Part shown: in pieces, positions 51,540 to 62,925 of the stretch
How the letters are laid out: every line of letters starts with the position of its first letter
Position numbering within the stretch: the stretch's first letter is position 1
Assembly (NCBI GenBank): GCA_039030515.1
Contig: JBCCEA010000001.1
Coordinates: 189,184 to 253,183 of the forward strand
DNA length: 64,000 nucleotides
Direction of reading: 5' to 3'
Origin: Myxococcota bacterium
GTDB taxonomy: Bacteria > Myxococcota_A > Polyangia > Polyangiales > Houyiibacteriaceae
Notes under the pieces: model-generated
Database searches by the model: none
The model's input: only the letters and a program-made list of their open reading frames with translations
Told to the model about the DNA's origin: nothing
Position numbers and translations under genes: made by a program

Positions 51540-51830
51540 TGATAGCCATGGGGGCCGATGCTGGTCAGCGCACGCGGCCTCGCCCCGCGTGCCCGCCGAG
51601 ACATCGTGCGAGCCGTGGAAGCAGGGAGGTTCCAGATCACAGATCCCGACGTCGCGCTGGCCTGCGCGGCAGGGTCCCTCGTGGCGACCCTGAATCTGCT
51701 CGCGCTCCGCGAGGACCTCGACGTCGGCGCCATCACCGACGCGATGGCTGCGAACGTGCTTCGGATGCTCGGGATGTACGTCGACGAGGTCCGCCGGGTT
51801 GTGGCGCTACCGCTACCTGAAGGGGAGTGA
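51540..51830 (+). pseudogene. TetR-family regulator, C-terminal fragment
   Basis: RGLAPRARRDIVRAVEAGRF...VLRMLG with no N-terminal HTH. Confidence 0.5.
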
Positions 51831-52294
51831 GGCTCCGAATCGGCCGCTCCGCTTCGGACATCCGGCGACGACCCCTAGGTTCACGCAACCACGCCCCGTC
51901 AGCCCCACCTCTCGCAAGCCCAGCAAGATCAGACACTTGCGAGAGCCGCCCGCTCAGCCCCGTTTCGCCGTAGCGTCCCGCAAGGGGAGCCGCGAGCGAC
52001 GCCTTGGCGTCGCGACAAGCAGCACGGCTGCCCAAGGCGAACCACCTTGGGTAAAAGGTTTACAAAGGGCCTCATCGAGACGACCGGCGAGGCCTTCTTC
52101 TTTGTCCCGTTGTCGACGGGTCTTGCGGCGTGGTCGCGATCGGCGCGTGGTCGAGCGATCGCGCTGTGAAGCAACACGAGGTCGCTCGCGACGCGCTGAG
52201 CACGGGCGTGAAATGGCCGGGCGCTGCTGTGATGGTCGCCAATCAAAACGACTCTGGGGTCATCAGTGCTGTAAACCTCAGAGTGGGCGAGCGG

Positions 52295-52888
52295 CTACGC
52301 GCAGCACCCTTCGGGTAGCTTGCCATCCGCACGTGGCTCGCAGCCTATCACGCGACGGCGCGCGTCGAGCGCGATGTGGCAGCAGTCTTCGAGGGCGGCC
52401 CGTAGCTTCTGCCGGCCTCGCTGCACGCGCGACTTCATCCCAGATAGCGAGATCCCCAGCATCTCGGCCGCTTCCTTCTGGGTGATTCCCTCGAGCTCGG
52501 TCAGGGTGAGCGCCTCGCGGTATGGCGACGGCAGCATCGAGACGAACAACGCCGCGTACATGGCGACCTCTCCTTCGACGGTGCCGTGGTGGTCCTCGTG
52601 CGGGTGATGCGACGGTTCTGATGGCTCGCTTCTGGCCTGCGGGTGGCGAGCAACATTTCGAGCATGGTCGCCGATGGCGCTTCGCGCGACCTGGTACACC
52701 CACGGCCCGAAGCGCTGATCGTCGCGCAAGGACGGAAGCCCTCGGTGAATGCGGAGGAAGACGTCCTGGACGACGTCGTCGATGTCGACCGCGCGCACCC
52801 GCTTGGCCACGAAGGGTCGCAGTTTGGCTTCGAGCTCACGCCACGTTTGATCGTTCGTGAGGGACGCGGGGGCGACGTTCTCGATCAT
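52295..52888 (-). CDS. sigZ: ECF sigma factor, SigZ family
   Basis: ATG 52888; DDVVQDVFLRI, WVYQVAR, SGMKSRVQRGR and DCC motifs. Confidence 0.85.
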   Translation of the reverse strand: MIENVAPASLTNDQTWRELEAKLRPFVAKRVRAVDIDDVVQDVFLRIHRGLPSLRDDQRFGPWVYQVARSAIGDHARNVARHPQARSEPSEPSHHPHEDHHGTVEGEVAMYAALFVSMLPSPYREALTLTELEGITQKEAAEMLGISLSGMKSRVQRGRQKLRAALEDCCHIALDARRRVIGCEPRADGKLPEGCCA

Positions 52889-53718
52889 GTGGCCTCTTCC
52901 ACTCCGCAACACGACGGTGCGCAGCACGGGCCGCCCGGCTTCGTCGCCTCGATCGTGGCCGACGCGACGTACTCCTCGATCCCGGAGCCGGGCATCCAAT
53001 CTCGGATGAACTCGCGGCTCTCCATTTTGATGGTGACCTCGACACTTTCGAAGCCGGCCTCCCCGAGCAGTCGCTCGACGGTGGCTATATCGGTCGCACC
53101 CGCAACGCATCCGGTAAGCGCGACGACGTCGTTCTGCAGCGCCTCGGGCAGCGTCCGGGTGGCCACGACGTCGGAGATCGCCAAACGACCGCTAGGCTTG
53201 AGGACCCGAAAGGCATCGCGAAAGACCGCTCCTTTGTCGGGGCTCAGATTGATGACGCAGTTCGAGAGGATGACATCGACGCTGTTGTCTGCGACCGGCA
53301 GATGCTCGATCTCGCCAAGGCGAAAGTCCACGTTGGCCGTACCGAGCTTGGTCGCGTTTGCACGCGCCTTCGACACCATATCCGGTGTCATGTCGACGCC
53401 GATAACGCGGCCCGTGGGTCCCACCTGCTTGGCCGCGAGGAAGCAGTCGAAGCCCCCGCCCGCACCGAGATCGAGCACGGTCTCTCCCTCGCAGAGCCCG
53501 GCGATGGCCTGCGGGTTGCCGCAGCCGAGGCCCATGTTGGCGCCTTCCGGCACTGACGCGAGGTCTTCAGCTGAGTAGCCCAGAGCCAGGCTCGCCGCTG
53601 CGCCAGGGCCACAGGTGCCCGGTGCGCAGCATCCGCCGGTCGTGCCTCGCGCGATGCTTCCGTACTGATCCCGCACCGCGGTTCGGATCTCCTCATTCGT
53701 TTGCTTGGTCATGATCAC
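52885..53718 (-). CDS. arsM: Arsenite methyltransferase
   Basis: GLGCGNP, LDLGAGGG, SNCVINL, GCVAGA; CC pairs. Confidence 0.9.
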   Translation of the reverse strand: MIMTKQTNEEIRTAVRDQYGSIARGTTGGCCAPGTCGPGAAASLALGYSAEDLASVPEGANMGLGCGNPQAIAGLCEGETVLDLGAGGGFDCFLAAKQVGPTGRVIGVDMTPDMVSKARANATKLGTANVDFRLGEIEHLPVADNSVDVILSNCVINLSPDKGAVFRDAFRVLKPSGRLAISDVVATRTLPEALQNDVVALTGCVAGATDIATVERLLGEAGFESVEVTIKMESREFIRDWMPGSGIEEYVASATIEATKPGGPCCAPSCCGVEEAT

Positions 53719-54201
53719 TACCTCCTACTCCTAAAGACGGCGACCTCCAGGAAAGGATGCACTCAGTCTGGGCGCGCCTCCAGCTGCACCCGCACGGACG
53801 GGCCGGATTCGACCTCGATCGGAGTCAGGGTGAGCGTCCCTCTGGCTACGCTCGGAACCTTCCTCTTGGTTCGAGACCTTCCTCCTGGTTCGATCTGCCG
53901 AGGACATCGGCGCGCAGAGCCGGCCGGTCGCGAGGAGCTAGGGTACATCCGTCGTGGGCAAGCCGAAGCGGAGCTGATCTCGATTCGCTCTTGCTCCAGC
54001 TCGAAGACCGCCCCGAACCGGTCGGCCGTCCGGTCGAGCAAGACCCACGCGTTTGCCGCGTGTACCTTCGTCGAACCCGCTATTTCGTCCACTTCCAACT
54101 CGTTGGCGATAGGATGAATCGAGATAAAAGTTCCGCCGCAACCTCCAGCTGCCACGCCCGCGTCATCTTCACCAGAGGTCGTCACGTTCGTCAGCGCGAT
54201 G

Positions 54202-54642
54202 TCAGCGGTTCCTCATCGCGGCGCGAATTCTTTTGCTCAGAACACTGTCCATGTCCTCCACCGATACGCGACGCAAGCGTTCAAACAAAGCATGTTCGGC
54301 TTCTGAAAACAGTTCCTCAATGTAGGTTCCGACAATTGGCGCGATCACTCCGCCACAATCGGTAGAGGGGCGTTGCAAGATTTGTATTTCTTCGACCTCT
54401 GCAACGGCCTGATACACTTCAAGCAGGTTGATGGTCGACGGATCGCGGGCCAATACCGTTCCGCCGCCAACACCTCGCCGTGTCTCGACGAGTCCCGCGC
54501 GTCGGAGCTTCGCCAAAACTCGGCGTAGGACGACGGGGCTGGTTCCGTAGCTTTTCCCAAGAATTTCGGAAGTCAGTGTCTTGCCGGCGCTGGTTGTCAA
54601 AAACCCCATGATGTGGAGTGCAATGGCGAGCTGTGCGTTCAT
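54202..54642 (-). CDS. Rrf2 family regulator
   Basis: SPVVLRRVLAKLRRAGLVETRRGVGGG. Confidence 0.9.
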   Translation of the reverse strand: MNAQLAIALHIMGFLTTSAGKTLTSEILGKSYGTSPVVLRRVLAKLRRAGLVETRRGVGGGTVLARDPSTINLLEVYQAVAEVEEIQILQRPSTDCGGVIAPIVGTYIEELFSEAEHALFERLRRVSVEDMDSVLSKRIRAAMRNR

Positions 54643-54700
54643 TGTATCAATATGTAACTTATATGGTTGCTAATTAAAAGTGCCGGCTTAGAGTGCCCTC

Positions 54701-55147
54701 ATGACAACTCAACAATGGTTGGCGTTGCGAACGTCTGCGGTACTGTGGGTCGTCTGGGGCCTGGTTCATATGCTGGCCGGCATCCTGACCATCTCACAAC
54801 CTGCGCCCAATTCGATCGGGGGCATTGCCGACGCGGTTGACCCTGCCGTCTTTCATACGACCTATCACGCCGCGACGGATGCAGTGATCAATCAGCACGG
54901 GTTCAACCTGTTTTGGATCGGTTTGACGACACTGGTCGCAGCAGTCTTTATCTGGCGACAGAACAAGACCGCCATCTGGGTTGCAGCGCTCGTCGGCGGC
55001 CTGGCCGATGTCGGCTACTTTTTCTTCATGGACCTGGGCGGACACGTGAACTTCGTGCCCGGGACTATCATGACCCTCGTATCGGGTTCGGCCGTCGTCT
55101 TGACCGGATGGGTGTGGTTCAAGACCCGGAGCGGAGACGGCACATGA
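54701..55147 (+). CDS. Membrane protein
   Basis: About four hydrophobic segments; divergent from Rrf2. Confidence 0.75.
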   Translation: MTTQQWLALRTSAVLWVVWGLVHMLAGILTISQPAPNSIGGIADAVDPAVFHTTYHAATDAVINQHGFNLFWIGLTTLVAAVFIWRQNKTAIWVAALVGGLADVGYFFFMDLGGHVNFVPGTIMTLVSGSAVVLTGWVWFKTRSGDGT

Positions 55148-55734
55148 AGATCCTGGTGTTTGGAGCCAGCTCATCGCGCGAGTCGATCAACCGCGCGTTC
55201 GCTCGGCATGCCGCGCATCGATTGCAGTCAGAGTTTCTCGGTGACCTCGAAATCGACGAGATGGACCTCAACGACTACGAAATGCCGATCTACAGCATCG
55301 ACCGCGAACTGGAGATGGGAATCCCCAGACCGGCGCAGCACTTCTTTGAGCAGGTTGGAGGAGCCGACGGCCTGGTCATCTCCTACGCCGAACACAACGG
55401 GTTCTACTCCGCCGCCTTCAAGAACATCTTTGACTGGGCGAGCCGGATCGCGATGAAGGTCTTTCAAGGGACGCCAAAGCTAGCGTTGTCGACATCCATA
55501 GGTTCACGGGGCGGCGCAAACGTGCTCAGGGCCACGTTGGAGTCAGCACCTCACTTCGGGGCCGAGATCGTGGCGAGCATGTCGCTACCGCGTTTTCGCG
55601 ACAACTTCGACGTTGAGCTGGGGAGGGTCACCAACGAGGAGTACCGGTCGAAGCTTGGCTTGGCGCTTTCGCAGTTCGCGACGCGGCTAAGCGAAATCGG
55701 CTCGGAGCCGAAGCTCCCCGCCATTTCTACGTAG
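55144..55734 (+). CDS. NADPH-dependent FMN reductase
   Basis: ATG 55144; FGASSSRESIN, EHNGFYSAAFKNIFDW and GSRGG. Confidence 0.9.
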   Translation: MKILVFGASSSRESINRAFARHAAHRLQSEFLGDLEIDEMDLNDYEMPIYSIDRELEMGIPRPAQHFFEQVGGADGLVISYAEHNGFYSAAFKNIFDWASRIAMKVFQGTPKLALSTSIGSRGGANVLRATLESAPHFGAEIVASMSLPRFRDNFDVELGRVTNEEYRSKLGLALSQFATRLSEIGSEPKLPAIST

Positions 55735-56031
55735 GCCCCTGGACAATGGTCATAAGACATGGCCCCGCCCTTCTAGCACCACCCAAGTACCCCTAGTCCT
55801 GCGGCGGAAAGCAAGAGTGCGCACGCGTCGGGAGCGCGTCGAGGTCGATAAGAGCGACAAGTACAACGCACCAAGGAACGTGTGCCTTGGAACCTCCAAA
55901 GGCAAACACCAAACGAACAAGGATACCCTCTCGTCTCAACCTTGCGTCCTCCTCTTCTTGGTAGGGCGCTGCGGCGATCTCCCCGCAGCCACTCGTCTCG
56001 GTTGTGTGTGCTAGCCGCGCGTTGAAGCTCG

Positions 56032-56349
56032 TCAGCGTGCCAATCGACAACTGATCGGTGCCGCCCAAGACCGCGCGAAGCGTGGCCAGAGTTCCACCGC
56101 GACCTTCAGCTGCCGCGCCTCGGTCATCTTGACCAGCAGCCGGAGGCTCCGCTCGGAGATGAAGTTGCTCCAGCTCGCCCGGGCATGTTCCCGGACGAAG
56201 GCTCGGATGCCGGGATGGAGCCTCTGAAGGTTCATTAGCTGGGTGACGCGTGCTCGACTGATCCCGTAGATGGCCGCCAGCTCTGCCCGGCGGTTGATTT
56301 TCGCGGGTATGGCGCTCAGCTTTTTCGCGGGCCGGCGACAGGCCACCAA
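56032..56349 (-). pseudogene. Remnant homolog of the 46671 HTH protein
   Basis: AELAAIYGISRARVTQLMNL...ISERSLR vs ADVARRHGLTRARLTQLMNL...VTERTLR; no recombinase upstream. Confidence 0.6.
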
Positions 56350-56479
56350 CGGATCACTTTCTTAGACAAGCACAGCGCTTCCACTACAGCACCACGTAAC
56401 GAGCTGATCGGTGGCTTTGGCGAGCATTCCCCCACGAATGTCGTCTTCGATCACGAGTTCCGCGTCCCCCTCGATGGCA

Positions 56480-57382
56480 AGAAGACTACCAAGACCGTCT
56501 GCGCGTTCTGGCCCGATCTCTTCGAAGCCTTGGCCTGGTCAGGCCACCGTACATGTGTCGGTTGTCAACTGGCGGCTCGGGGAGGCCGTTTCGAAAGCGA
56601 AGCTGCAGCTGGGTAAGCGCTTGTACCTCGTTGACCGCATTGCTGCTCATCTTCAGCTATACGCCGATCTCTCTGAGGCAGTTGTTCTTCAGGGCAACCG
56701 CAGCAATAGAACGTTGAGCAAAGGTTTCATGTTTGGAAGTGCAGGGTTTCAGATGGAAGGTGAAGCTCAGATGCGAGGGGCGGCCGAAGGCGGAGTTCGG
56801 TCTATGGCTGCCGTCGCCGATTTGCTGACCGGACGCCCGTTTCGCTGCGCCGTTTGGCCACCAGACTCCGTTTCCGAGGAAGAGGCTCAGGGAAGATCGC
56901 CAACTGCGTATGCGCACGTGCGCGAGCGCGTTTGCCCAAAGATCGCAGAACGCGCTGCAGATCCCAAACTGACCTCGGACTGGAAGAATTGGTTTAGGAG
57001 GTGGTGGCAGCCACAGAAACCAAGGAACGCGTTTCGAAAACAGCTGGCATCAAAATCGAGGTTGGTTGTTTGCGCGCGTCATTAGTCGCGACCCATTTTC
57101 ATGTTCGTGTCAGCGAATTTGGTGCCAAATAACACGCTCAACATGTTCGCCTGCAATGACGACTACTCATTCGGTTTGATTCAGTCCTCGCTTCATTGGG
57201 GCTCCTCGAGAACGTCCTCGCGGTCGCTCAAGCCCGAGGGCGAAGCCGCTGGCGAGACAATCCAGGGCCCGCGCCTGCCGAAGGTCGACGGTCACGATCT
57301 CGACCCAAAGGATCTACGCTGGTTCTCAACCGACTGCATCGAGCCGCCGCCACTGCCGGGTTTGGAGGACGCTGATGGCTGA
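56480..57382 (+). pseudogene. C-terminal remnant of an MmeI-like (type IIL/IIG) RM enzyme
   Basis: PWPGQATVHVSVVNW, WWQ, RPIF and DDYSFGLIQSSLHW; in-frame stop at 57083; no methyltransferase N-terminus. Confidence 0.65.
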
Positions 57383-58439
57383 CTCCATCGACAAGCCGGC
57401 CAGCGAGTTCCTGCTCTACACGGCTCCTGATGGGGACGTCCGCGTCCAGGTACTCCTTCGCGACGAAACAGTCTGGCTGCCTCAGAAAGCGCTGGCCGAG
57501 CTGTTCGCGGTGGGCGTGCCTGCGGTCAGCAAGCACTTGAAGAACATCTTCGATTCTGGGGAGTTGGAGCGCTCGGCAAGTGTTTCCAAATTGGAAATAG
57601 TTCGCCAGGAAGGGAGCCGGCAGGTCGCCCGCGAGGTCGAGTTCTACAACCTAGACGCGATCATCGCAGTCGGCTACCGGGTCAACAGCTACGAGGCGAC
57701 CCAGTTCCGCATCTGGGCGACCAAGACCCTGCGTGAGTTCCTCATCAAGGGCTTCGTGCTCGACGACGAGCGGCTCAAGCAGGGCAAGGTCACGTTTGGC
57801 AAGGACTACTTCGACGAGCTGCTCGAACGGATCCGTGAGATCCGTGCAAGCGAGCGTCGCTTCTACCAGAAGATTACCGATATCTACGCGACGGCGATCG
57901 ATTACGACCGCAGCGCCCCGATCACTCGCGACTTCTTCGCCACGGTGCAGAACAAGCTGCACTGGGCGATCAGCGGCAAGACGGCGGCGGAGATCGTTCG
58001 GGACGGCGCCGATGCCTCGGTACCGCACATGGGGCTCAAGACGTGGAAGCAGGCGCCCGAGGGGAAAGTGCTCAAGCCGGACGTCACGGTCGCGAAGAAC
58101 TACCTCGGTCAAGAGCAGATCGCGGAGCTGAACCGCATTGTTTCCGCGTACCTCGACCTCGCCGAAAACCGCGCACAGCGCCGCATTCAAATGCGCATGG
58201 CGGACTGGGCGAAGTTCCTGGACGACTTCCTCACTTTGAACAGCTACGAGCTGCTCAGCGACAAGGGCAAGGTCAGCAAGCTCGAAGCGAAGATCAAAGC
58301 CGAGGCGGAGTTCGAGGTGTTCCGGAAGGAGCAGGACGCGAAGTTCGAGTCGGACTTCGACCGGTTCGTCGAGGAAACGAGACACTTGTCCGCGGGCGAT
58401 GGCGGAAAAGACGATCGTGGGGGCAACGACGATGGTTGA
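57375..58439 (+). CDS. RhuM family protein
   Basis: ETVWLPQK, YNLDAIIAVGYRVNS, ATQFRIWAT and IREIRASERRFYQKITD. Confidence 0.92.
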   Translation: MADSIDKPASEFLLYTAPDGDVRVQVLLRDETVWLPQKALAELFAVGVPAVSKHLKNIFDSGELERSASVSKLEIVRQEGSRQVAREVEFYNLDAIIAVGYRVNSYEATQFRIWATKTLREFLIKGFVLDDERLKQGKVTFGKDYFDELLERIREIRASERRFYQKITDIYATAIDYDRSAPITRDFFATVQNKLHWAISGKTAAEIVRDGADASVPHMGLKTWKQAPEGKVLKPDVTVAKNYLGQEQIAELNRIVSAYLDLAENRAQRRIQMRMADWAKFLDDFLTLNSYELLSDKGKVSKLEAKIKAEAEFEVFRKEQDAKFESDFDRFVEETRHLSAGDGGKDDRGGNDDG

Positions 58440-58862
58440 GAGCATCGCGGATATCGAGGCGCTCTGGGACGCGGAGAAGAACGAGCAGTCTGCCGCCGAT
58501 GTGCTCGCCAAAAGCCACCGGACCCCATGGTGGACGCGCCCGAAGGGACACTCGTTACCTCAGATGGTGGCGGACGACGGGTGCCAGCACTGCGCACTCC
58601 GTGACGATTCCCTTGCGGCGCGGTTCCCGGAGATCGCCGCCGAATGGCACCCCCACAGAAACGGAGACCTCACGCAGACCAGATCGATCCGGACCACAAA
58701 ATGACGGCTTGGTGGCTGTGCTCGAAAGGTCACGAGTTCCAGGCCACGGTCCGCTCACGTTCACGCAGTCACGGCCGATGTCCGCACCGCTACGGCGCGT
58801 GGACGGTCGACAGCATCTGCTCGTTCGTGAAGTCGCTGCTCGGGCACATCGACGTCTCATGA
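58432..58862 (+). pseudogene. Treble-clef zinc-ribbon (DUF4379-like) repeat protein, frameshifted and truncated
   Basis: SLAARFPEIAAEWHPHRNG, then WWLCSKGHEFQA in another frame. Confidence 0.65.
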
Positions 58863-59050
58863 TCCTACACATCTTTCTTGGGGTGGAGATATGCGGGACA
58901 CGGTAGAGAAGACGGGATGTCTACGTACAAGAACTCAGGTGGCCCGCTGGTAGGAAGCATCCACGAGGAATTTGAAGGGGTGGACCTTGGCGATGCCCGC
59001 CTCGAGGTTCGGATTGGTTTCCCTGGCAGGTGCATTGGATTGCTGTGAAG
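58858..59050 (+). mobile_element. IS4/IS50-like remnant (left end and transposase N-terminus)
   Basis: CATGATCCTACACATCT resembles IS50-type ends; ATG 58917 ORF encodes EEFEGVDLGDARL and then frameshifts. Confidence 0.55.
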
Positions 59051-59420
59051 GGATGGCCGAGCGGGAGGTGGAGCTGTCCGCCCGAAGTCGCAACCGCCCC
59101 CCGAAAGACAAACGGATTCACCCCTTACGGCGCCATCGGCTGGCCAAGCTCAGCTTCCGGGCCACAAAGGTGGCACTGCGCCGTCCAGCAAGCGCCATCC
59201 GGACACTGCCCGATTCGTTCGAGGTCCACGTGTCGGGTGCTGACGATACGCCCCCATCGCGTGGAGGATGCTTTGCATGCGTGCGCTTGCCAGCCTCGGG
59301 TCGTCTTATGCCGCCGAACACGTACTCAATCGCACCTAGATCCGGTGGCTCTGTCCGACTGCTCTGAGCCATGAGCACCCGCATCAAGCTGTCTGAAAAG
59401 CCCACGGTCCGAGACGTTCT

Positions 59421-59762
59421 ACTGTCTGCACTTCCACAATGGAGTTGGGTATCGACGTGGGGGACCTCGACCAGGTCATTCAGCCCGATGCGCCAAGCTC
59501 GGTGGCGTCCTTTCTGCAGTGACGCGGGCGTAGTACCTGCCGTCGTGCAAACACACTCGCCAACTGCACCTTCTTCTGTGTCTTACCGGAGTCTCTCCTG
59601 CAGAACGTGGCGCTACTGCGGTTTGCGGAGGCGGGCTGGGTCGAGGACGTGCGTCCGGCCGCACAGGCCATGCACGTGCTCGCGCACCAAGTGATGGCTC
59701 TCGTGCTTCAGCAGGCGGGGACCTCTCGCCACCGCCTGCTGCCGTGGGTGCATGCGGCGTAA
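59421..59762 (+). pseudogene. Lhr-like helicase internal fragment
   Basis: [34 protein letters not shown] with an in-frame TGA. Confidence 0.7.
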
Positions 59763-59823
59763 CTAAACTGTCCGCTGGATCGAGGGAACCTTCGGGTTCA
59801 CCGCCGCTGAAGCTCGAAAAAAT

Positions 59824-60750
59824 TCAGCGACTGTGTGGCTGACCTCTATGCTCTGCTCCACTTCGGTCACGGTTGCGGCCGTCCTCATCGATCCGGCGTT
59901 CCAGTCGCACGTGCAGGATGCAATCTTTTTCCATTTTGCACGAAAACTGCACCGATCCTCCAGCTGGAGCGCTCACATAGCTGCCGGGCTCCGTGGGCGC
60001 GACGTCGTTGTCGCCAGCCAATCGAACCTCAGGGCTACCCTGAATGACCACGGCACGCAGCGTCGAGCCATGGCTGCGCAACATTCCCCTCGACCCCGCT
60101 TGCAACTTGACGAGGATGCCCCTCGGTTGGCCGTTTCGCGAGTCACCCGAGAGAAAGGCGAATTGTGATCCATGGGCAGAAACCGTTATGCCGAGCTGAT
60201 CGCTCCAAGCGGTACGCGACGTGTCCATCCAAACGATCTTCGATGCGTTCACGTTCATAGGCCTCTCGTCGCACTCGAACGCGTCTTCGACGGGACGAAC
60301 GAGATACGGCCCCTCGTCAATCTCTATGTACGCCAGATTGTTGCCTCGGGCAGCGGTGACGTGCGCCCCTCCTTTTGGCTGAGTCCAAAAAGAGCCTGCC
60401 GGCATCCACATCTCATCCGCACTCGGATGATCGTTGTGAATGCCGCCGCGAATGACGACGCCCCGATAGGAAACGTTGTGAATGTGAGGTGGTGACCGGA
60501 AGCCGTCCACAAACCTAACGAGAAACCCCGTTGGACCGGAGCCATTGCGGTCTCCCCAAAGAGTTGCCGCCATCGGGCTGGCATCGCCGCGTGCTGGATT
60601 GAGCTGCTCCCATTCGATCTCAGAAACAAGCACAGCTGCAGCAACTGACGGTGGCGCGATAGAGGCTGGAACAGACGCCGGGGCGGTAGCCTGCGAGCCC
60701 GCACAGGCAATCGCGCCGAGTGCAAGTGCGAACATTGGAAGGGTCCTCAT
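59824..60750 (-). CDS. DUF4437 cupin-domain lipoprotein
   Basis: Lipobox-like IAC; LNPARGD and [12 protein letters not shown]. Confidence 0.8.
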   Translation of the reverse strand: MRTLPMFALALGAIACAGSQATAPASVPASIAPPSVAAAVLVSEIEWEQLNPARGDASPMAATLWGDRNGSGPTGFLVRFVDGFRSPPHIHNVSYRGVVIRGGIHNDHPSADEMWMPAGSFWTQPKGGAHVTAARGNNLAYIEIDEGPYLVRPVEDAFECDERPMNVNASKIVWMDTSRTAWSDQLGITVSAHGSQFAFLSGDSRNGQPRGILVKLQAGSRGMLRSHGSTLRAVVIQGSPEVRLAGDNDVAPTEPGSYVSAPAGGSVQFSCKMEKDCILHVRLERRIDEDGRNRDRSGAEHRGQPHSR

Positions 60751-61529
60751 GCTCCGATGGCCTCAACCATCGTCTGCATCACCGCGGTGACGTGCTTTGG
60801 GTCAAGTGCCGCGGAATTCGGAGGGCTGAAGCGCCCCGTGTCGTTGTCGAAGTACTTGCCCGACGCGCCCGCGAACGAAGCATCGAGTGCAGCCTTGCAC
60901 AGAATATCGGCACCAATGTGAAGGTCTTTTCCCGAGACACCGAATCCTTCCTGGACCATTTTGGACGCAAGCAAGGAGCCGGGGTTGACCGCGATGACCA
61001 CGGGGCCGTCGCCCAGTTCCTTGGCGAGCTCTTGTGACCAAATCGTGATGGCCAGTTTGCTTTGCGCATAGGCGCTCATGTCGTCCAAGGATGTTCGTCC
61101 CGTCATCGCATCCATGTTCACCGGCGCCTGTGCGGCCGAGGACAGGTTTATGATGCGCCCTGTCTTCGGAATCACGGATAGCAGGTGGCGCGTGAGTACG
61201 TAGGGCGCGAACGTGTTGACCACAAAGCGGATGTCCAGCCCCTCCTGTGTTTTTGACTGAGCCGTCTTCAGCACACCGGCGTTGTTGATCAACACATCAA
61301 GGTGTTGATGCTGCTCGAGTATTTGCCCGGCCATCGACTCGACCTCGCTCAGCCGAGAAAGGTCGGCTACGTAGCGCTCGGCCTCACCGCCGACTTCGGT
61401 CGCTACGGCTGCTAGCTTCTTCGGGTTCCGTCCGTGCAGCAGGAGCTTGTGGCCTTGTGAGGCGAGCATTTTCGCGGTCAGTTTTCCAATGCCGTCGGTC
61501 GCTCCAGTGATGAAGATGGTTTTGGGCAT
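60747..61529 (-). CDS. Short-chain dehydrogenase/reductase
   Basis: [12 protein letters not shown] and YAQSK motifs. Confidence 0.92.
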   Translation of the reverse strand: MPKTIFITGATDGIGKLTAKMLASQGHKLLLHGRNPKKLAAVATEVGGEAERYVADLSRLSEVESMAGQILEQHQHLDVLINNAGVLKTAQSKTQEGLDIRFVVNTFAPYVLTRHLLSVIPKTGRIINLSSAAQAPVNMDAMTGRTSLDDMSAYAQSKLAITIWSQELAKELGDGPVVIAVNPGSLLASKMVQEGFGVSGKDLHIGADILCKAALDASFAGASGKYFDNDTGRFSPPNSAALDPKHVTAVMQTMVEAIGA

Positions 61530-61611
61530 GGTGGCTCCTTCGTTGGTGAATTCGGGGAAGAGTTCGTGGGCGAGAACATTCATCGCGTCTTCGGCAGTAC
61601 GGACCGAGGGC

Positions 61612-62604
61612 TTAGTGGGGTACGGTAACGACGACTTTGCCGATGGCAGTCTTGCTCTCGAGCTTTCGGTGGGCGTCTGCGGCCTGCTCGAGGGGGAACA
61701 CTTTGTCGATGACTGGCTTGACCCTGCCGGCTTCGACCAGGGTCTTTAGCTCGCTTAGAATTTCACCATGACGCTTCGCACCGTAGTCATGGATCAGTGG
61801 GATGAGCATGTAGATCACGTGCAGTGTCGCGCCGCGCAAGTGCGCCATCGTGAGGTCGATCTCTCCGATGGAAACGGTCGTGGCCACCTGACCATTGAGC
61901 TTCACTGCGGTGAGTGACGTGGGCAGGTTCGGACCGCCAACAGTGTCGAACACCAGGTCGAAGCCCCTGCCGTCGGTGTGCCGCGCGACGTAGTCCTCGA
62001 CTTTGGTTGTCGCATAGTCGATTGGCGTTGCGCCGAGCTTTTCGACCACTGCAAGCCGCTCTTCGCCGCTGTCGGTAGCGAAGACCGACGCCCCAGCGTG
62101 TACCGCGAGCTGAATGGCGACGTGCCCAACGCCTCCGGCGCCACCGTGGATAAGCACCTTTTGCCCTGCCGTGAGCTTCATCCGGTCAAACAGTGCTTCG
62201 AATGCGGTGATCGACACGAGAGGAAGCGCTGCGGCCTCCACCGTAGAAAGGGACTTTGGCTTGGGCGCGATGAGTCTAGCGTCGGCAGCCAAGTACTCGG
62301 CCAGTGCGCCCTGGTGGTGGGCCACCCCGCCCGCGCAACCGTAGACTTCGTCGCCGATCGCGAAGTCTACGACGTCCTTACCCACGGCTTCCACGGTGCC
62401 CGCGAAATCCATCCCGAGGACCGCAGGTGGGGTCGGAATAAAGTCTACGACTGGGCCCATCGATCGGGCCATCAGGTCCGCGGTGTTGACGCTCGAGGCG
62501 GCGATCTTCACAAGCACCTCGCCGACGCCGGGCGCTGGGCGCTCCATCTCGGCCGGTTCGAGCACCTCCGGACCTCCGTTGCTACGGATCATCTGTACGT
62601 TCAT
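61612..62604 (-). CDS. MDR-family NADPH:quinone oxidoreductase
   Basis: VLGMDFAG, HGGAGGVG and GKVVV motifs. Confidence 0.9.
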   Translation of the reverse strand: MNVQMIRSNGGPEVLEPAEMERPAPGVGEVLVKIAASSVNTADLMARSMGPVVDFIPTPPAVLGMDFAGTVEAVGKDVVDFAIGDEVYGCAGGVAHHQGALAEYLAADARLIAPKPKSLSTVEAAALPLVSITAFEALFDRMKLTAGQKVLIHGGAGGVGHVAIQLAVHAGASVFATDSGEERLAVVEKLGATPIDYATTKVEDYVARHTDGRGFDLVFDTVGGPNLPTSLTAVKLNGQVATTVSIGEIDLTMAHLRGATLHVIYMLIPLIHDYGAKRHGEILSELKTLVEAGRVKPVIDKVFPLEQAADAHRKLESKTAIGKVVVTVPH

Positions 62605-62925
62605 CGTTTGAATACCTTTCGACATAGTTTGGAAAGAGGGGAGGGGCCCGGCACGCAAGTGGCTCCCGGACCGGCATGCGCTAGTTGATTTCTTGAACCT
62701 TCATCACCAGCTCATTCCAGTTGCGCTGGTTCTCGATGTCGCGCTCCACGTTGTGAATCCCCCAGCCTAGGGTGGGGTCTCTTTCGGTTTGTAGCGTTTA
62801 TTTGCGAATGATTGCTTCCACGAACCGGCGATCCGCCGCGGTAACAGCCTCAAAATAGCCGTTATCAAAGCAAAAGGAACTGAATAGTGCTTGTATGTTT
62901 TTCAATGGTTTGTTTATAAATAACT

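Noticed and set aside
55735..56031. Possible tRNA or ncRNA in intergenic DNA (also 51077-51540, 51831-52294 and 53720-54200)
   Set aside because: No cloverleaf, T-loop or recognisable RNA motif seen; needs tRNAscan/Infernal
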